A DNA stretch of 64,000 nt from a virus. The DNA lies in the IMG/VR virus record IMGVR_UViG_3300046534_001361, positions 1-64,000 of that record. One strand, 5' to 3'. This document shows, in pieces, positions 10,567-20,691 of this stretch. The number at the start of each line of letters is the position of its first letter. The stretch's first letter is position 1. Below the pieces are notes generated by a model that was not told the DNA's origin, ran no database searches, and was given only the letters and a program-made list of their open reading frames with translations. The translations under genes and the position numbers were made by a program.

Positions 10567-10949
10567 TTTTTTATAGTTTCGATGTCCCTATCAACTTCAT
10601 CATGTAAATAGTTCCCGTAGCTAACCGCATGATTAATTAGAATAGCAATAAAACTATCCTCAAGCTCTGGGTTTAATAATATTCTAGTCAAGTTTTGCTT
10701 GCTAAATTCGCAGCCCTCGATCTCACCATCCCAACCGGTAACGCCGTACTCAACAAGCCAGTGAGCCACGGTTTTGTTAAAGTTTTCGTTTCTATGATTG
10801 AAATCGTAGAGTTTTCGCCGGACCTCTGTCATTTCAATTTCAGATTGATGGACGCCAAATCGACGGATATAAATAATCACGTCCTCAAGGTAAAGTGGCG
10901 AACCCTTTTCCCTCTTTTCGGTGTCTTCTCTGTATGCTGACAAGTCCAT
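10560..10949 (-). CDS. Tail assembly chaperone (lambda gpG-like)
   Basis: 129 aa between tail tube and tape measure; ends in a slippery heptamer. Confidence 0.8.
   Translation of the reverse strand: MDLSAYREDTEKREKGSPLYLEDVIIYIRRFGVHQSEIEMTEVRRKLYDFNHRNENFNKTVAHWLVEYGVTGWDGEIEGCEFSKQNLTRILLNPELEDSFIAILINHAVSYGNYLHDEVDRDIETIKKN
10566..10572 (-). other. Programmed -1 ribosomal frameshift site A AAA AAG
   Basis: Minus strand ATA AAA AAG AAC TAG at the end of the chaperone gene; canonical position between tail tube and tape measure. Confidence 0.8.
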
Positions 10950-12140
10950 TTAGAAATTCCTGAAAATATGAACTGTACTTTCAAGGGTTGTGTCTTCTTC
11001 CGCCGAATAGGTCATTGAATTTGAAGAAACGGTATTTGCCCCATTGGGCATAGAATGCTCTGTGATTTTAGCTGCTAAAATATCAATGATCATCCACGTA
11101 CTATCAGGCCACTCAAACAAGATAGCAATCGATTTGTTTGTCTGAGACTCAAAAATTCGTTTCCAATTAAAGGTATCAGAAACTACCGCCACAGTTTCAA
11201 TAGCGCCCCCAACTTCGATGCTATCACCCATAGCGTAGGAATTTGTGTTGCAGCCCGCAGATAGATCAATTTGATAGCTGTTACTAAAAGAAAAATCGAT
11301 GGACTTTACGCCGCAATTAGCAGCAACACCGTTTACCATCATTGGCCTTACAGTATCTGTAGCCCCGGCAGATTCGCTTGTTTCGTTCGCCGTATCAGTC
11401 TGCCCGGCTATAGATAGGGAACTGGAAACTACCTGCTCTGCTTTCATTGCTAAAGTTCCAGTTACAATGCCAGACACAGGAATAGAAAAAGAACCAGTAT
11501 CAATAAATGCATCAATAAACGTTTCGTAATTGACATCACCGGCTATTGATTTGTCTGTTGTCCTGTTTTGAACTGTTAAATAGGTCTGGTCGGAACCATT
11601 AGCGGTTTTTGAACTCTCGATTGTAACGGATGGCCCCTCAGCCTCAGTTGCCACAGGTGGAGTATAGGTGACAACGTCGCCATTACTGTTTTTAGTGAGA
11701 ACTTTATATTTGGTGTTGTTTGCAGAGTTCGTCAATCCGATAATGTTAAACCAATCACCGGCTACTATATTAGTAAATGCTGAATTGCCCGAATCAACAA
11801 ATCCAACACTATTTGCAGATAAAGTGCTCAGTGTTACACCGTTATTAACTTGCGTACCGTGTATGATGGCATCAAGAAAAATTGCAGTCTGTTTGTTTAA
11901 CTCAAAGTTTATCTCCCCGGTATACTCTGTAGTGTCCTTAATGTTGCTCTTCCCTTGACGGCGATTCGACACTGCCGAGGATTGAACGAAGGAAATTACG
12001 GGTTTAAATACACCATCGACGCGCAAATGAGCTTTACTAAATACTGGGCTAGTGTTAATAACCCCTTTGTTCGTCTGTAGGGAAAAGTATACGCTAGTAT
12101 CACTACTTGCCACTCGTCTGTCGGTAACTATAGTCGCCAT
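10950..12140 (-). CDS. Major tail tube protein
   Basis: 396 aa, Ser/Thr-rich beta protein at the tube position. Confidence 0.8.
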   Translation of the reverse strand: MATIVTDRRVASSDTSVYFSLQTNKGVINTSPVFSKAHLRVDGVFKPVISFVQSSAVSNRRQGKSNIKDTTEYTGEINFELNKQTAIFLDAIIHGTQVNNGVTLSTLSANSVGFVDSGNSAFTNIVAGDWFNIIGLTNSANNTKYKVLTKNSNGDVVTYTPPVATEAEGPSVTIESSKTANGSDQTYLTVQNRTTDKSIAGDVNYETFIDAFIDTGSFSIPVSGIVTGTLAMKAEQVVSSSLSIAGQTDTANETSESAGATDTVRPMMVNGVAANCGVKSIDFSFSNSYQIDLSAGCNTNSYAMGDSIEVGGAIETVAVVSDTFNWKRIFESQTNKSIAILFEWPDSTWMIIDILAAKITEHSMPNGANTVSSNSMTYSAEEDTTLESTVHIFRNF

Positions 12141-12142
12141 GT

Positions 12143-12547
12143 TTAAATGCCTTCAAAGTAAAATTTTACTATTATTCGAACTGTGTACCAGGATTCAAAC
12201 TCACCAACAATATCTATTTGAGACTCCTGACACCGTGTATTTCCGAACGATTGGTTTTGAAACGCTGTTTTTAATAACTCAGCGTCCTGTAATTGCAGTT
12301 GATCAAACTGACCTTTCGGGTAATTGATGCTGATCGCAAAATCACCGTACGTTCTAGTGTACTCGCCACCAGCCTCGACATTATCCTTAGTCCGAATAAT
12401 GATTACAGGCCAGATCCACTTTTCGTTTACAGTTGCAGTAAACGGCGCGTTTGGGTACTTTACCCTTTGATCTGTATATCCAGCTGGCAAGTTTGCTTGC
12501 AGTCGCAAATAAAGATCAGAGGAAGTTAAAGACAGACTATCGGGCAT
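12143..12547 (-). CDS. Tail terminator-like protein
   Basis: VKYPNAPF...GDFAISINYPKGQ motif; directly precedes the tube gene. Confidence 0.7.
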   Translation of the reverse strand: MPDSLSLTSSDLYLRLQANLPAGYTDQRVKYPNAPFTATVNEKWIWPVIIIRTKDNVEAGGEYTRTYGDFAISINYPKGQFDQLQLQDAELLKTAFQNQSFGNTRCQESQIDIVGEFESWYTVRIIVKFYFEGI

Positions 12548-12899
12548 TTACGATCCTAGCTATTGCGATTTGAACGAACCGGGCGGGCGCTTGTAGGCTA
12601 TGCCCATCGTTTAATTTTGGCCCGTAGTCTAAATTGTTGGTAATATAAATTGAATCAAAATCATCACCTAAAACCGACCCACCCAGCAAAATTGCTTGAG
12701 CCTCGGATATGGCTTGTGGTGCCCGCCGATTATGATCAGTTTTAGTTACGCGGTTATCCATCCCAACGTACCAATTTCCTCGAAACCTGCCCGTATCGAC
12801 TGGGGATACAATGGTAAACTCAGTTAGCAACTGCAAGGCCATTTTTCTTACTTCACGGTTGATATTACCGGTTAATTGAGCGTGAAACCTGCTAGCCAT
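12537..12899 (-). CDS. HK97 gp10-like tail completion protein
   Basis: SPVDTGRFRGNW and IYITNNLDYGPKLNDGHSLQAP motifs. Confidence 0.85.
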   Translation of the reverse strand: MASRFHAQLTGNINREVRKMALQLLTEFTIVSPVDTGRFRGNWYVGMDNRVTKTDHNRRAPQAISEAQAILLGGSVLGDDFDSIYITNNLDYGPKLNDGHSLQAPARFVQIAIARIVNAR

Positions 12900-13261
12900 T
12901 ATTTAGTCCGCATTTGAAATGTGGTTGCTGCATCTGCTGTATCTGTTGTAATACTTTCAATGTTCACTGGCAGACCGTTAAAAGTCGCACTTAAATTACC
13001 TGGAGATAGATCGACTGTGATTAATTGACGTTCAGCAGTAACAAAAAAATCACCTCTGACTATATTTACTCCGTCGATCTGTGATGATTCGTAATCACCC
13101 CGTATCCCCTCAATATTATCAATACCATTAGTTACAACGGATTGTGTGAGATAATCCGCGCCACCCGAACTAGTTAGAACCAAAGGTTCCTTGAAATCGC
13201 CAAAATGTTCATTTATGAGTTCTTTTGATAATTTCTGAAAAAAAACTTTAGTTAATAACAT
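12899..13261 (-). CDS. Head closure / head-tail joining protein
   Basis: Position in the connector cluster; likely start ATG 13261 (MLLTKVFF) just after the upstream stop. Confidence 0.6.
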   Translation of the reverse strand: MLLTKVFFQKLSKELINEHFGDFKEPLVLTSSGGADYLTQSVVTNGIDNIEGIRGDYESSQIDGVNIVRGDFFVTAERQLITVDLSPGNLSATFNGLPVNIESITTDTADAATTFQMRTK

Positions 13262-13262
13262 T

Positions 13263-13769
13263 TCAAACCCTCTCGTTATGCCCAAAACCGCTATTGGATT
13301 TAAAAAGATCAGATAGCGCATTTCTTACGCTGCTAAATGTTTTTGTTGAGTAAGCGCCGCCTTTATGAAACTCCGCTTCCATATTATTTAATTTGCCAAC
13401 TTTTAAATCTTGAACAGTCTCGTCAGTAATCAATGACTGTCCAGTGTTAGCAATTAAACCCGCCTCAAGTTGAGCTGTTTTTAACTGATGAGGTATTACA
13501 TTAGACGCTAATAATTCGCAATGAATATAAACATATTTACGCGGGTAAGGTAAATTTTGATTTAAGGGATCAACCTTTAGCCCCTTAAATGAGTTCCTCG
13601 ATTCATATTGCAAAATAAGCTTGATTGCCTTTCTTTGCAATATGTCCCGGTCTGATTCCAGAGCGGGTAATGTAACGCCAAATTTTGCAGCATAAGCCAC
13701 AAATTCAGCGTCCGTTGTAAAAGATTCGGCGCTAGCAACACCAGCGCCTGTCTCAACTATTAACGCCAT
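13263..13769 (-). CDS. Head-tail adaptor (DnaT-like phage family)
   Basis: MALIVETGAGVASAESF...QNLPYPR...IPHQLKTAQLE signature. Confidence 0.8.
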   Translation of the reverse strand: MALIVETGAGVASAESFTTDAEFVAYAAKFGVTLPALESDRDILQRKAIKLILQYESRNSFKGLKVDPLNQNLPYPRKYVYIHCELLASNVIPHQLKTAQLEAGLIANTGQSLITDETVQDLKVGKLNNMEAEFHKGGAYSTKTFSSVRNALSDLFKSNSGFGHNERV

Positions 13770-14035
13770 TATTCGGCGATTTCCTTGTACAATTCTGATA
13801 ATTCAAATTTGCTTGAATTGCTGGCGAAATTTACGCCAGCAAGATCAAGTTCAAATTTATACCAGTTTGCACTGTTGATTTTGTGCGGGTTTTTACTATC
13901 ATCCAAAACAAGACCAGGCTCAACAAGATCAGGCTCAACGTATACTTGGTGATCTTCCGTGAGGTCACATGTATTGATAAAGCAAAATCCGCGTTTACTT
14001 TGATTGTTGACGATTTTAGTCGTTGGAACTCTCAC
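13769..14035 (-). CDS. Small post-capsid protein with HeH/LEM-like C-terminus
   Basis: KFELDLAGVNFASNSSKFELSEL resembles HeH/LEM; follows the capsid gene. Confidence 0.55.
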   Translation of the reverse strand: MRVPTTKIVNNQSKRGFCFINTCDLTEDHQVYVEPDLVEPGLVLDDSKNPHKINSANWYKFELDLAGVNFASNSSKFELSELYKEIAE

Positions 14036-14037
14036 AG

Positions 14038-15177
14038 TTAACCCACCAACATTGCGATATGTTCCGGTTTGATCGCTTTAACACCCCAGAGAATTTGTAC
14101 TCTGTAGCCTGTCACACCGTCGCCTTTCCACTCGGAAAATTCGAAAGCGATATTCGATCGTTCATCAGTGATGACGATTTCACCTGTTCTGGCATCACCG
14201 CCAGGAGCTTGTTCAGGTAACCGGGTGATTAGTTGTATCGCATTTCGCGTAAAACCGAGATTAACTTCATACTCCGCAGACAATGTTACGGTTGCACCAT
14301 CAATAATGGGTTTCATCAATCCAGGATTGTTGATAGTGATAACACTACCAGCAAAAGATTTAACGACGTATTTGTTTTGATCGCCTGAAATTACGACAAT
14401 ATCACCAGGGATGATTGTGCCAGTACCAGTATCAACCGCGATTGCGGTTGTTCCTTTAGCGTAACCAGCACCGTTATTAACCAAATAACCCGCCCCTGTT
14501 CCTGGAGTATGAACGACCGCCTGGCCTGTTTCTCGCACTGTAAAACCATGCACCGGTTGACTAAAAGTACCGAGCCTCAGAAGATCGGAATCACCAGACT
14601 CATTGACTTTAGTAAGACTGGTATTTTCCAACGCGTTAGCACCAGATTCAGTATTTAAAACTAGCTGTTTGCCCGCCATTGGGGCACCATTGTCTTTAAG
14701 TATTTTACCAACCTGGGCGGTGTCCTTCACTCCTGTTGCAAATGGAGTAGTTCCCGGCACGCCGTATGCCCTGCAAGCATTCAAGTACCCTTCGGTTAAC
14801 AAATCAAGCTCCATTTCATTTAGCAGCTCGCGTAGAGCTTCCGTAACGTTTGCCTGCAACGTTGCGCTAACTGTTGCGCCACTATCCAAAGCCACGGCCT
14901 CTTCACCAGTAATAGCAAAGAAAACCATTCGGTCCTTTGTTAGTGAAACCTGGACTGCTTCAGTTACCAAATCGGTGGGCGTCTGAGTTGTCATGCTAGG
15001 AACGTTGTCACGTCCGGTTGCTTTAGTTGATACGTTAATTGTGATTGGTCGATTTAATCCCGCTCTAGCTGCGCTTAAGTTCATGCCAACCGAGGGAACC
15101 ATGCCGATAATTTCTTTAGAAATTTCGTTTACTGAAGCAAAAAGTGTACCGTAAGCAAGTGTAAAAATGTTACTCAT
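14038..15177 (-). CDS. Major capsid protein (P22 coat-like family)
   Basis: 379 aa; AYGVPGTTPF, GTGAGYLVNN insertion, C-terminal WGVKAIKPEHIAMLVG. Confidence 0.9.
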   Translation of the reverse strand: MSNIFTLAYGTLFASVNEISKEIIGMVPSVGMNLSAARAGLNRPITINVSTKATGRDNVPSMTTQTPTDLVTEAVQVSLTKDRMVFFAITGEEAVALDSGATVSATLQANVTEALRELLNEMELDLLTEGYLNACRAYGVPGTTPFATGVKDTAQVGKILKDNGAPMAGKQLVLNTESGANALENTSLTKVNESGDSDLLRLGTFSQPVHGFTVRETGQAVVHTPGTGAGYLVNNGAGYAKGTTAIAVDTGTGTIIPGDIVVISGDQNKYVVKSFAGSVITINNPGLMKPIIDGATVTLSAEYEVNLGFTRNAIQLITRLPEQAPGGDARTGEIVITDERSNIAFEFSEWKGDGVTGYRVQILWGVKAIKPEHIAMLVG

Positions 15178-15188
15178 AATTTATCCTG

Positions 15189-16034
15189 TTAATGTTGTGT
15201 GACGATACCGCCGCTTGTCATATATTTATGCTGTTCTGATGAGTTCATCAATTTGAACTTGTCATCACTCATTTTTTGCCTGTTAGTACCACTTTCAGAA
15301 CCGCCACCCTGAGCGCCAACACCGCCTTTGGCCTGATGATTTTTAAATGGTTTAAAAAGATCATCAGTTTCAAACGATGCTATCAAAGCATTTTGATCAG
15401 GCAATTCCCGACCAGAGTGGTCGGTGTAATGTAAAACGCCGTTAATATTTTCAACTCGGCCCGTGGCTTTTAGCATTTCAGCCACGCCTTTAGAACTTGC
15501 CGCGTTAGAATAACCGGCAGCAATAGTTTGGACGGCTGATGATAGCTGTAGGCTATAGCTTTCAAGTTTAACTTTTTCGGCTTGATCAATGAGTTCTTTG
15601 TTCGTTAATTCGAGGGCTGTGAATCGCGCTTTTTCCAGGAGCATTGCAGCGTCAGCATTTGATTGAGCCTGATCAGACAACTTTTTTGAAACTGCCATTG
15701 CCTCGTCATGCTTACCCTTTGATAGGTAATTTCCCAGTTCGTCAGTAAGCGCTTGCTTCGCCGCCTCTGCCGTCGCCGTTTCAAGCGCTAATTTGTCGGC
15801 TTCTTGATTTTTAATAAAATTAGCAAGTTTTAATTGGCTTTCTTTGCTCGCTTGATTTGCAATTTCAGTAGCGGCGTTCGCAGCAGTCAAACCAAGATTA
15901 CCTTCATTTAGCTGCGCTTGCATAGCGATCATTTCGTTGTGAACGTATGATACTCCGGCATCACTTTTCACTTCGGAATAATTGTCGCCCTCATCGTCTG
16001 GGATGTCTTGTTTATTTAAGTAGGATAGAGCCAT
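15189..16034 (-). CDS. Capsid scaffolding protein
   Basis: Ala-rich coiled coil with GGVGAQGGGS linker near the C-terminus, between portal and capsid. Confidence 0.75.
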   Translation of the reverse strand: MALSYLNKQDIPDDEGDNYSEVKSDAGVSYVHNEMIAMQAQLNEGNLGLTAANAATEIANQASKESQLKLANFIKNQEADKLALETATAEAAKQALTDELGNYLSKGKHDEAMAVSKKLSDQAQSNADAAMLLEKARFTALELTNKELIDQAEKVKLESYSLQLSSAVQTIAAGYSNAASSKGVAEMLKATGRVENINGVLHYTDHSGRELPDQNALIASFETDDLFKPFKNHQAKGGVGAQGGGSESGTNRQKMSDDKFKLMNSSEQHKYMTSGGIVTQH

Positions 16035-16068
16035 TATTATCGGGCCTTACGTTGATTAGTTTCATTAC

Positions 16069-16158
16069 TTAGTCAAATATACTATCTATTGGCGTAAATA
16101 ACAACATAGTAACTATATAAATATTAGTCAAGTTAACTAATTTAGTCAAATTGACTAA
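16069..16158. promoter_or_regulatory. Operator/promoter array TTAGTCAA-N-TT(G/A)ACTAA upstream of the scaffold-capsid operon
   Basis: Two tandem 17 bp palindromes (16124-16140, 16142-16158) plus a half site at 16069-16076; half sites recur at 17652-17695 before the portal gene. Confidence 0.6.
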
Positions 16159-16161
16159 TGA

Positions 16162-17628
16162 TTATTCTCCAGTTAATGTTGCTCGCTTCAAGATATCCTC
16201 AACATCCCCAATCAAAACACCACCGGATTTTAACTGAAGAAGCGCTTCCTCCCGATCAGTCACACCATCTAAATATGATTTTCGGATAACATCTTGTTGT
16301 TGTGGCGATATTTTTACTTTGTCGAATTCTTTGTTTATGGTTAATTTTATATTTTCGAAATTAGGCGCTGATTCCATAAATTGAAGACATGATTTAAGCG
16401 ACCTCATATAACCGGCTTCGGTTGAAGTCGCTATATTGATTAGGCTAGATAAAACCTCTGCTTGTTTTAGCTGTGCGACCCCCACCGCCTCATCATTGCT
16501 GTCTGATGTATTAAAAGCGCCGCCAAGTGCTCTGATTTGTTTTTGATTGTTATCCATAAATACTACAAAAGCGTTATTATCTCCATCCCAAGTTAAGTAT
16601 CCTATATTGCCACCTGGCGGTAACGGTATGTGGGCATCAATCCCCGATCCAAACGTCTCTGATCCCGTCATGTCTTTAAAAATTTCAAAAGAGTGTGCAT
16701 CCCAACCTGAACTCCAAGCTGTGGGGGATCCGGCTTTGTGTAGACTAGCCATGTAATCAGCACTAACCTGATACCTAGTTATCGTTTTCAAGCATATTGG
16801 ATATAAAATCCCCATTGATTTGGGTATAGAATGCATACTATCTTTTTGATCAATGATAATTTCAAATGGAATTTTTTTAAATGTATTACCGCTGCCGTCT
16901 CGTGGGTATTTTTTTTCAGAAAGCTCTTGAGAGCTACCTTCGCTGCCGGGTTCCGGCTTTGTCGCTTTGCGCTGATAATAACCGATATCATCTAACCCTA
17001 AAATTAATCTGCTTGTTAGGTTTTTACGCTGGCCCGTTTCATGATCGACAACTGCTATTTCTTCAGTTAATTTAGCATAAACAAGCTGCTTAATTCCGTT
17101 AACAACTCCAAAATCCCAATCAACTAATGACTGGCGCGGATAGTGTTTTATAGTCGCTTTAAAACCCATAGATTTTGCTTGAGCATCGGTAAGATCACCT
17201 TCGATGTCTACACCGTTATAATCAGATAATAAACAATGGAATTTAACTTGTGCAATACTTGATTGAGTCATCTCAATTGACTCTGATAGTGGTGTACCTG
17301 ATCCGTCTGAGTCCGATACAAGGTAATCTATGCTTTTTGGCAATTCTATGTTGGGTGGACTTGCTGACATAGCGCCGCACCATCGACTCAGTGTGTGAGC
17401 TGGAATTCCATCAAATTCCGCTCGATCTTTATACGCTAAAAACTTCGCATCGTTGTGACCATTATAATTTACATAATCTTTAGCTTCAGACGGATTTTTA
17501 AGATATTCGGCATTGCGATCGCCGTATTTAACACACCAACTACCCTGGACACAATCCAGGACCAGCCTGACCTGTTCAATCGTGTCTGAATAATGTGGAT
17601 GTGTAGTGTTGAAAATAAAACTGTCCAT
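16162..17628 (-). CDS. Portal protein (DUF4055-like)
   Basis: 488 aa; THPHY..., YKDRAEF, KIPF..I and YQVSADY...LH motifs; upstream of scaffold and capsid. Confidence 0.85.
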   Translation of the reverse strand: MDSFIFNTTHPHYSDTIEQVRLVLDCVQGSWCVKYGDRNAEYLKNPSEAKDYVNYNGHNDAKFLAYKDRAEFDGIPAHTLSRWCGAMSASPPNIELPKSIDYLVSDSDGSGTPLSESIEMTQSSIAQVKFHCLLSDYNGVDIEGDLTDAQAKSMGFKATIKHYPRQSLVDWDFGVVNGIKQLVYAKLTEEIAVVDHETGQRKNLTSRLILGLDDIGYYQRKATKPEPGSEGSSQELSEKKYPRDGSGNTFKKIPFEIIIDQKDSMHSIPKSMGILYPICLKTITRYQVSADYMASLHKAGSPTAWSSGWDAHSFEIFKDMTGSETFGSGIDAHIPLPPGGNIGYLTWDGDNNAFVVFMDNNQKQIRALGGAFNTSDSNDEAVGVAQLKQAEVLSSLINIATSTEAGYMRSLKSCLQFMESAPNFENIKLTINKEFDKVKISPQQQDVIRKSYLDGVTDREEALLQLKSGGVLIGDVEDILKRATLTGE

Positions 17629-17687
17629 GATTAACCCGTAAAAACCATTAATTAGTCAATCATACCACTATTTAGTTAATTTGCAAT

Positions 17688-18863
17688 TTAGTCTAACCCG
17701 GCACGTTTAAAGTTTTTTTCAAATCTAGGTATATTCCTTAGCTGATCGATTGTCAGAGGCATATCATTAGCGTCTGTAAAATCATTAACGCTAAATCCGC
17801 CATCAAGAAACAACCGACCTCTTGTTGGTCCAAATTTATCTAGTATAAAAGCATCAGGTTGATCTCTCAACCATTGATCTGTTGTAGTTTTTGAAGAAAC
17901 CCGCTTGATACCGTAAACATCAGTGTCAGCTCTACCCCGATATTTGGGCTTGCGTTTGTAATCAGCTATATCATTTGATTTTCCACCTACTGAAGGACGC
18001 ATTCCGGATAGTGCATCAGTACCGGCAACTTGCACTATATAAACAGATCGTTCATTAAAATGAAATGGTAATCTAGGGTACGTGTCGTCGTTAATGTCAT
18101 ACTCTCGCAAATTGCGGCTGTAACAAATGGGGGTTGTTCGATTATCTAAAGTGGCAAACAAAATCCTTACATCAATGATATCAGCATTCATCAAATAAAG
18201 TTTGTCTCTTGCTGCGTTAGCGTAGTGATTAGTGCCAGTTCTAACCAAGGTTGCGGCATTTCTTAATTGCGTTGCATTGGTAATTATCCCCCCCATATAT
18301 CTTTTTTCTGACCTGTTATAATTCCCTCTTAAGTCAGTTACTATTTCGGAATTTGACTTTCCACTTTGATACCCACTTAATATAGTGCTGACAATTTCTT
18401 TGGATAATTTATCAGTATTTGTTCTGACAAATTCAGCCCAAACACCTGTTATAGTCCTTGCCAAAGCGTTTTTTGTGGCCGGGATGTTAATCGACAACAA
18501 CGCAGCTTTAACCGCTGTGGTGATCGCTGATTCTGATGTCATTGTGAAATTGGCATCAACAATATCATTGTAAATCCCCATGACATGATCCGCATCAAGC
18601 AACGCCATTTTTTCTAACTGCGTTGTTATTTCGGCCCACATGGTTGTCCATTGGTCAATAAATTCCTTAGTTATCAGTTTTTCAGCGGCGTTCCTTTCAA
18701 CCCGATTCAGATCCGAACCCTCTCCCTGTGCGCCAATAATCCTTGGTGCTAGCCTAGCCATTTCTTTGATGGTTTTATTTATGTGCTCAATGATGAGGTG
18801 AGAAGCGAATCTTTGCAGGTAAACTTCTCTTCTCAAAAGAGTATCAGTAATTGTATGTTTCAA
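17688..18863 (-). CDS. Head morphogenesis protein (SPP1 gp7 / MuF-like)
   Basis: AATLVRTGTNHYAN, FATLDNRTTPIC and PFHFNERS motifs. Confidence 0.9.
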   Translation of the reverse strand: MKHTITDTLLRREVYLQRFASHLIIEHINKTIKEMARLAPRIIGAQGEGSDLNRVERNAAEKLITKEFIDQWTTMWAEITTQLEKMALLDADHVMGIYNDIVDANFTMTSESAITTAVKAALLSINIPATKNALARTITGVWAEFVRTNTDKLSKEIVSTILSGYQSGKSNSEIVTDLRGNYNRSEKRYMGGIITNATQLRNAATLVRTGTNHYANAARDKLYLMNADIIDVRILFATLDNRTTPICYSRNLREYDINDDTYPRLPFHFNERSVYIVQVAGTDALSGMRPSVGGKSNDIADYKRKPKYRGRADTDVYGIKRVSSKTTTDQWLRDQPDAFILDKFGPTRGRLFLDGGFSVNDFTDANDMPLTIDQLRNIPRFEKNFKRAGLD

Positions 18864-19054
18864 CTTTCTTTACTCTTTTATGTTTAGACAAACAAGCTCG
18901 GTTTGTTTTCATAGGCATTGACCTTGGTTTCTTCGTTTTCACGCTCAAAAAAAGGCATTTGTTTATTTGCAGACATGTTAATTTCTCCAATTGATTTTAT
19001 GTGACTTTAGCATAATTTTAGTGATATTAAAAACTGGCGTGAATTCAAGGCAAT

Positions 19055-19080
19055 AAAAAACCCCAACCAAGGGGTTTTTA
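19055..19080. terminator. Bidirectional rho-independent terminator
   Basis: AAAAAACCCC-AACCAA-GGGGTTTTT. Confidence 0.7.
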
Positions 19081-19189
19081 ATAGGGTCTAATTCGCTGGG
19101 GTTGTTATGGGGTGTCTACTGTAACTTACGTATATTATAAAGTGTTTTACTATACATTGTTAATTATCAAATCTGACCTGCTTACTTTT

Positions 19190-19951
19190 TCATTCATTCA
19201 CGCTGCGGAGAGCATCAAATAAATTATCCCGTTCTTGTTGCCAATATTCAAACTGTGTTGAATCCCATGCTGAAAGCAATTCTGAAAGACATGCTGAAAA
19301 TCCTCCTGCAACTGCTGAACGTGGCGCCGAATGTGCCGAATATACTGATTCTGCTGACAATCCCGCCGAATATGCCGCTGACTCTGCGGCTGACTCTGCG
19401 GCTGACTCTGCGGCTGTAAAAAAGCCTGGGGATTCTGACCATGATTTGTGTGCTGCTTTCTGCGCGGCCCTCCACTGTCTAATAAGGGCGAATAACACCA
19501 CCTCTTTATGTGCTTTTGTGTTTGCTGACTGCCACATTTCAATTGTTGCATTCTCCCAATTCTGGTGTAATTCAATCACCGCATTGATGCAAGGTTTTAT
19601 TTCACCCGTTGCTACCGCTGCTAACGGCGTTAACCGGGCAATTGCCGTTAAATGTAAAACTGGGGTTAAATCGGTATCAACCGGGATCAACTCGAGCAAC
19701 TGTACCGGAAAAAATACAGCTTCTCCTTCCGGTAATCCCTCAAAAATAGCTTCTGACAGATAAACGAACCAAAGGGGCACACCCATAAATACCGCTGCTT
19801 TTTCTAGCGCGTTATCATCCGTTTGCATCATGCACCCGTAACAGCAGCCTACGCCGGAAATTGGGTTAAACCAATCTCCCTGTTGAATTAGATCTGCAAC
19901 CTGGTGGCCTTTCATCAGTTCGATTGCCGTTTCTTTTTGTAATTTGTTCAT
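19190..19951 (-). CDS. Conserved phage hypothetical protein with SAAE-repeat tail, copy 1 (paralogue of 60247-60903)
   Basis: First 68 aa identical to the 60247 copy; GCCYGC and EAIFEGLP motifs. Confidence 0.85.
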   Translation of the reverse strand: MNKLQKETAIELMKGHQVADLIQQGDWFNPISGVGCCYGCMMQTDDNALEKAAVFMGVPLWFVYLSEAIFEGLPEGEAVFFPVQLLELIPVDTDLTPVLHLTAIARLTPLAAVATGEIKPCINAVIELHQNWENATIEMWQSANTKAHKEVVLFALIRQWRAAQKAAHKSWSESPGFFTAAESAAESAAESAAYSAGLSAESVYSAHSAPRSAVAGGFSACLSELLSAWDSTQFEYWQQERDNLFDALRSVNE

Positions 19952-20013
19952 CGTTCTTCACCTTTATTTTGTTTTTTAAGGCCAGGCAAACAATCCACCT
20001 GGGCCTGCCTTTG

Positions 20014-20478
20014 TTATAATAATTCGCCGCTGGGTAGGTTGCTTGCTCCTTTATCGAGGATGCTCATAGCAATCACAGCTTGGTTAGCGCACTCATCCAG
20101 CGGCAAATCTGTTTTTTGAATTATACTACACATTAATCTCACACACGTTTCTCTACGCCAAGCAATGTGCGATTCATTGGTCGATTCAATGCTGGTAATA
20201 TGATCACCTGCCTTTTCTTGCTGCTGATTTTGTTTTTTGACTTTGCTAATGGCATTGTCAATAAATTTACAATCATGGGCATCTGGGTTCCTAAAATATT
20301 TAACCCAGCCTAAAACGTTCCCATTGCAATCAATCAGATCGATCGTTATACCACCAAAACAACTATTACGGTTTGTAAACCCAACCCGCCAACCCGTCGG
20401 CTTTAATTTTTTAATTCTGTCTAAAAGTTTCCCATTCAGTTCGTTTATAGTGTTTATAGTGCTTATATGGTCATTCAT
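20014..20478 (-). CDS. Hypothetical protein
   Basis: 154 aa ORF with GAGG RBS, in operon orientation. Confidence 0.6.
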   Translation of the reverse strand: MNDHISTINTINELNGKLLDRIKKLKPTGWRVGFTNRNSCFGGITIDLIDCNGNVLGWVKYFRNPDAHDCKFIDNAISKVKKQNQQQEKAGDHITSIESTNESHIAWRRETCVRLMCSIIQKTDLPLDECANQAVIAMSILDKGASNLPSGELL

Positions 20479-20691
20479 TATTTCTAAACCTCAATTTAAT
20501 GGTTAAGCCTAGCCGAATCTTTTGTTATACTAAATCAATTAATAATTTATTGCGATGCTACAATCTATTTAGATTAAAGACAGTGCAAGGTGGGCGGCTA
20601 CTAAAAGTGCCAGTAAACCCTCAGATAGCATTCTTTCTGCCAGCGTGGGCGGCGCAAGGGTTGTTTTTGTATCGATATGCAATGTCATTTT

